From NCBI GenBank assembly GCA_963835065.1, contig CAWIEK010000046.1, forward strand, positions 32,001 through 96,000: a DNA stretch of 64,000 nucleotides. Direction: 5' to 3'. The stretch is from an uncultured Chthonomonadaceae bacterium. GTDB taxonomy: Bacteria; Armatimonadota; Chthonomonadetes; Chthonomonadales; Chthonomonadaceae. Below, piece after piece: positions 60,266 to 64,000 of this stretch. The notes beneath the pieces were generated by a model, which did not search any database, had not been told where the DNA came from, and worked only from the letters and a program-made list of their open reading frames with translations. The position numbers and the translations under genes were made by a program. Numbering within the stretch: position 1 is the first letter of the stretch; every line of letters begins with the position of its first letter.

Positions 60266-61942
60266 TTAGAACAGGCCGGTAATCTGGCCGGCTTCATCTA
60301 CGTCTATGGCTTCCGCTGCGGGGTGTTCGGGCAGGCCGGGCATGGTCATGATGTCGCCGGCAAGGGCAACGACGAACCCGGCTCCGGCTGAAGGGCGCAG
60401 ATCGCGGACGTGAATATCAAAGTTGGTGGGCGCTCCCCCGGCTTTGGGGTCGTCGCTGAAGGAGTATTGGGTTTTGGCGACGCATACGCGCAGTTCTCCC
60501 AAACCGTGCGCTTCCAGCCACTTGCGCTGCGCGTCGGCTTCACCCGTCAGAACAACGCCGTTCGCGCCATAAACCCGCGTCGCAACCGCGTTTAATTTGT
60601 CCAGCAGGCTGCTTTCGGCTGTGTAGTTGGGCGCGAATTGCGCGGGCGTTTCGAGGGCTTCCAGAACGGCCTCGCCCAATTCGCGCCCGCCTTCGCCGCC
60701 CCCGCCCCATACGTCGGCAACGGCCACGCGCCAGTTATTGCGTTGGCAAAAGTCGCGTACCACTTTGGTTTCCGCGTCCGAGTCCTTGCTGAAATGGTTG
60801 ATGGCGACCACGAACGGGCTGCCCATTTGCGCCACATTGCGGGCATGGCGTTCCAGGTTCGCCAGTCCTGCCTCTACCGCCCACACATTTTCCCCATCCA
60901 GTCGCTTGCGGGAAACGCCGCCGTGCATTTTCAGGGCGCGAATAGTCGCCACGAGAACAACGGCATCCGGGGGCAAGTCGGCGGACGGCGCGACAATATC
61001 GCAGTATTTTTCAAAGCCCAAATCAGAACCGAAGCCCGCTTCCGTGACCACGATTTCGCCCAACTTACGCGCCACTTTTGTCGCCAGGACGCTGCTGCAT
61101 CCGTGCGCGATATTGCCGAACGGCCCGCCATGCACGAACGCGGGCGTCCCTTCCAATGTCTGCACAAGATTGGGCTTCAGGGCGTCCCGCAAAATCGCCG
61201 CCATCGCGCCATGCGCTTTCAGGTCGGCAGCCGTGACGGGGTTGCCCTCAATGGTGCGCCCGACAAGAATACGCCCCAGGCGTTCTTTCAATTCGGCAAG
61301 CGTATTGCTCAGGCACAAAATCGCCATTACCTCGCTTGCAACCGTGATGCTGAAACCGCCTTCGCGGGGTATGCCGTTGGTACGTCCGCCAAGCCCTAAC
61401 ACCAGAAAACGCAGGGCGCGGTCGTTCATATCCACCACGCGCTGCAGCGTGATTGTGCGCGGGTCAACATTGAGTCGGTTGCCCTGCTGCAAGTGGTTGT
61501 CGAGCATGGCGGCAAGCAGGTTATGCGCCGCGCCGATGGCATGCATGTCCCCCGTAAAGTGCAGGTTGATGTCTTCCATCGGCAGCACTTGCGCATACCC
61601 GCCACCCGCCGCCCCGCCCTTCACGCCGAAGACGGGTCCCATCGAAGGCTCACGGGTCGCCGAGATAGCCTTTTTGCCCAATTTGCACAGCGCCTGCGCC
61701 AGCCCGATGGTGACGGTTGTTTTCCCTTCCCCGGCAGGCGTGGGCGTAATGGCCGTGACCAGCACGATTTTGCCGGTCGGTCGGCTTGTATCGGCCAGCA
61801 GGCGATTGATGAGGTCATACGACAGTTTGGCCTTGTAGCGTCCGTACAATTCCAGATCATCGTCGGCAAGGCCGAGTTCGGAAGCGATGTCGGCGACAGG
61901 GCGCAGGGTGGCGGCCTGGGCAATGGATAGGTCGGTGTTCAT
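60266..61942 (-). CDS. fhs: Formate--tetrahydrofolate ligase
   Basis: TPTPAGEGKTT, GVKGGAAGGGYAQV, VHGGPFGNIAHG, TEAGFG, AKTQYSFSDD, IMTMPGLP. Confidence 0.98.
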   Translation of the reverse strand: MNTDLSIAQAATLRPVADIASELGLADDDLELYGRYKAKLSYDLINRLLADTSRPTGKIVLVTAITPTPAGEGKTTVTIGLAQALCKLGKKAISATREPSMGPVFGVKGGAAGGGYAQVLPMEDINLHFTGDMHAIGAAHNLLAAMLDNHLQQGNRLNVDPRTITLQRVVDMNDRALRFLVLGLGGRTNGIPREGGFSITVASEVMAILCLSNTLAELKERLGRILVGRTIEGNPVTAADLKAHGAMAAILRDALKPNLVQTLEGTPAFVHGGPFGNIAHGCSSVLATKVARKLGEIVVTEAGFGSDLGFEKYCDIVAPSADLPPDAVVLVATIRALKMHGGVSRKRLDGENVWAVEAGLANLERHARNVAQMGSPFVVAINHFSKDSDAETKVVRDFCQRNNWRVAVADVWGGGGEGGRELGEAVLEALETPAQFAPNYTAESSLLDKLNAVATRVYGANGVVLTGEADAQRKWLEAHGLGELRVCVAKTQYSFSDDPKAGGAPTNFDIHVRDLRPSAGAGFVVALAGDIMTMPGLPEHPAAEAIDVDEAGQITGLF

Positions 61943-62076
61943 AAGGTTTCAGGGTTTCAGGGTTCCAGGGTTTCAGGTGGTTAGGGTGTTCAGGTATTCG
62001 GGTGTTCGGGTGTTCAGGTGTTGGGTATTGGGCGTATCCGGCATTTATTCGCGTTCATTCGCGGCTGAAGTTGTTT

Positions 62077-62682
62077 TCACGGTTTGCGCAATAAGCGGTG
62101 CAGCAGGCCGCGTTTGGTCGGCGGGTGTTCGGGTTCGATAGTATGGGTTGGCTGGAGCAGGGTGTCCGTGTCGGCTTCGGCTTCGCATGCGGAGCGGAGC
62201 AGTTGATTGGCGGGTTCCGGCGCGCGTTCGGAACCGCGCAGCAGGCTGAAATGGTCTTTCCATGCCTGCAATGCGGCGCGGGCGGCTTCGGCATAAAGCG
62301 CATCGAACGCCTGTACCCACGAACAAAAGTATTCCACGTCAATGTCCGCGTGGCGTAACTGCGTCACCTGCTGCAAGGGCGTCAGCCGGTTGTCCAGCAG
62401 AATGGCGTAGGGCAGAACCCGGTACAGCAAAATCTGGCGCGCGTCCTCATCCAATGTAAAATCCGTGGAAGGCGCTTGTCCGAAAAAGAAATTGGGCAGG
62501 GCGCGGCTACTCTGATTGCGGCGCAGCAGGTGTACGTAATGGCTTTCCAGCGGAAAATCCACCAGCAATTCTTCCAGATCACCCCATTGCGCGTCAGGGT
62601 GCGTGAGCAGTTCGGCAAGGTCGGCGACGATGGCGGGATGCCAAACCGGAGCGTTAGCGGGATTAAAGGAGGGCATTAGCAT
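62077..62682 (-). CDS. Hypothetical protein with C-terminal LLR(G/S) repeats
   Basis: Tail SLLRGSE...NQLLRSA...DTLLQP resembles the tails at 23383-24998. Confidence 0.6.
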   Translation of the reverse strand: MLMPSFNPANAPVWHPAIVADLAELLTHPDAQWGDLEELLVDFPLESHYVHLLRRNQSSRALPNFFFGQAPSTDFTLDEDARQILLYRVLPYAILLDNRLTPLQQVTQLRHADIDVEYFCSWVQAFDALYAEAARAALQAWKDHFSLLRGSERAPEPANQLLRSACEAEADTDTLLQPTHTIEPEHPPTKRGLLHRLLRKP

Positions 62683-62753
62683 AAGATTATCTGGCGCGGC
62701 AGATTGCCGACGCCGGCCTGACGAAAGGCGTGTGTAAGGGCATTGGCATAACA

Positions 62754-63422
62754 TTATCCGGCGCGGGCTGTGACCTGAGCCGCAATCGCGCCGGCAAGCA
62801 GGGGCGCGACGCGGGCAAAATCGGCATCCCCGCGCACAATCAAATCGGCGTAAACGCGGGATGGCTCCACATAAGCGTTGTGCCCGACACGGGCGCACTC
62901 CTGGTAATAGGTGGCGATCCAAAGTGGGTCGGTACTGCCCCGCCCCCCGTTCATATCGCGCAGCAAGCGGCGCAGGGCGCGGACATCGGCTTCCAGTTCG
63001 ATAAACACGCGCATGTCCAGGCGCTTTCGTATCTCTTCGACATGCAGCGCCATCAAGCCTTCCACAATCAACACATGGGGCGTGTCCGAAGCGGCAAGCC
63101 GCGCGTCCAAATCCGCCACAAGCCGCGCATTATCCGCCGAGTTGGGATGGTTGTTATCCGGCAAGTCTTCGCCGGACGAGGGCGACACAAAGCGCGGCCC
63201 GCCCGGCCCGCCCCGATAAAAATACTTGTCCATGCCCATCAACTCGACCCGCAAGTGGGGATACTGCCGCCGCATCACGTCCAGCAGCGCATTGGTAAAC
63301 GTCGTCTTGCCCGACGCCGAGCCGCCGGCGACACCAACGACAAAAGTTGATAGTTGATAGTTGATAGTTGATAGGCCATCCTCTTGTGGCTTGTCTGTTG
63401 TGTTTTGTACGATGTGACTCAT
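62754..63422 (-). CDS. Uridine kinase family protein
   Basis: GVAGGSASGKTT, MDKYF, NHP, IVEG, RRLLRD, YVEPSRVYADLIV. Confidence 0.88.
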   Translation of the reverse strand: MSHIVQNTTDKPQEDGLSTINYQLSTFVVGVAGGSASGKTTFTNALLDVMRRQYPHLRVELMGMDKYFYRGGPGGPRFVSPSSGEDLPDNNHPNSADNARLVADLDARLAASDTPHVLIVEGLMALHVEEIRKRLDMRVFIELEADVRALRRLLRDMNGGRGSTDPLWIATYYQECARVGHNAYVEPSRVYADLIVRGDADFARVAPLLAGAIAAQVTARAG

Positions 63423-63457
63423 TGTTACGCTAAATCCTGACTATCAACTATCAACTA

Positions 63458-64000
63458 TCAACGAACTCTGCCCGTTGTCGGCGCGAAAAACGTGAGATGG
63501 CGTTCCGCGTTGTTGTTTTCCGACGTGAGGACGAGGATACCGTTTTTGCCTTCGTTTTTGGGGTCGCCGACGCGCACATCCAGGACGCGGCCCGGCAGGG
63601 CGTCGCTTTTCCAGGATTCGTCAAAGTCACTGGAACGGGTCAACTGCCAGAACGATTTGTCGCGGTTGGACAGCTTGGGCGTGTATACGACAATCTTATC
63701 GCCCGTTGTGGCGTTGGGGTCATCGGGCGTGGGCGCGGGCTTGCCGCGCTCCAGGCCGACGATCCAGCGATTGGAACCCTGCCAGAAACTCTGCATGTAG
63801 CGCACATTGGGCAGGAAGTCTTTGCTGCCCTCATACGGCTGTGTGCCGACGGCCATGCGCGCGTAACCGGGATCGGCAACCGCAAGCAGGAACGCGGATT
63901 GGTGCGTATCGGTTTCGCCGGCCTCATACGCAACGCTGGCATCGCCGTTCTTCATCACCATTTGATCGGGAGTGCCGTCCAGCACCAGGGACAGGCGCAG
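63458..64000 (-). CDS. Hypothetical protein, C-terminal part (start beyond window)
   Basis: Open frame from the window end to the stop at 63458; GC-rich codon use. Confidence 0.7.
   Translation of the reverse strand: MRLSLVLDGTPDQMVMKNGDASVAYEAGETDTHQSAFLLAVADPGYARMAVGTQPYEGSKDFLPNVRYMQSFWQGSNRWIVGLERGKPAPTPDDPNATTGDKIVVYTPKLSNRDKSFWQLTRSSDFDESWKSDALPGRVLDVRVGDPKNEGKNGILVLTSENNNAERHLTFFAPTTGRVR

Larger units (their letters stand above)
384..63462. repeat. Dispersed 7/8-mer short tandem repeats, often as inverted pairs
   Basis: e.g. ggaagac x4 (384-414), gttgata (5849-5872, 48553-48687, 63345-63462), cctgaca/cctgaaa (19647-19722, 29005-29118, 48973-49092), ggcatta (32279-32398), aggatga (34700-34728), cctgaata (25020-25050, 45960-46062, 61944-62035). 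Confidence 0.9.

Noticed and set aside
1..64000. tRNA (including selC), rRNA, transposase, integrase or phage genes
   Set aside because: None were recognisable by eye. A tRNAscan/Aragorn run would be needed to exclude tRNA-Sec formally.

Overview
64 kb of GC-rich bacterial chromosome. The gene families and repeat style suggest an Armatimonadota/Chthonomonadales-like organism, but that is inference only. The core content includes nusA-ylxR-infB-DUF503-rbfA-nrnA, etfB-etfA-Fe-S oxidoreductase, selA and a UGA(Sec)-containing selD, an ECF sigma/anti-sigma/HtrA module, tyrosine catabolism genes (hppD, hmgA, FAH), fhs, a heptosyltransferase, an M60 peptidase and two HAF-repeat lipoproteins. Intergenic DNA is saturated with 7/8-mer tandem repeats, 9-mer palindromes and REP-like hairpins, and some of these have entered coding frames. 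Two features stand out. (1) At 38.45-41.8 kb, next to an orphan DNA adenine methylase, is an AT-richer array of five unrelated co-oriented small genes (including ankyrin, SUKH-4-like and IF-1-like proteins). It is punctuated by five copies of a degenerate ~85-bp imperfect-dyad repeat that also reads as a ~24-aa peptide. It looks like an integron-like cassette array, but there is no attC consensus and no integrase in the window. (2) An unannotated ~300-bp unit occurs twice (17.24-17.53 kb on +, 37.07-37.33 kb on -). Each copy has an ECF-type promoter, a strong SD, a Pro-UGA micro-ORF and a 107-nt core with only 8 mismatches between copies. It is a candidate new sRNA/micropeptide gene. Several single-base frameshifts (selA, htrA, SpeE-like fusion and others) may be assembly errors.
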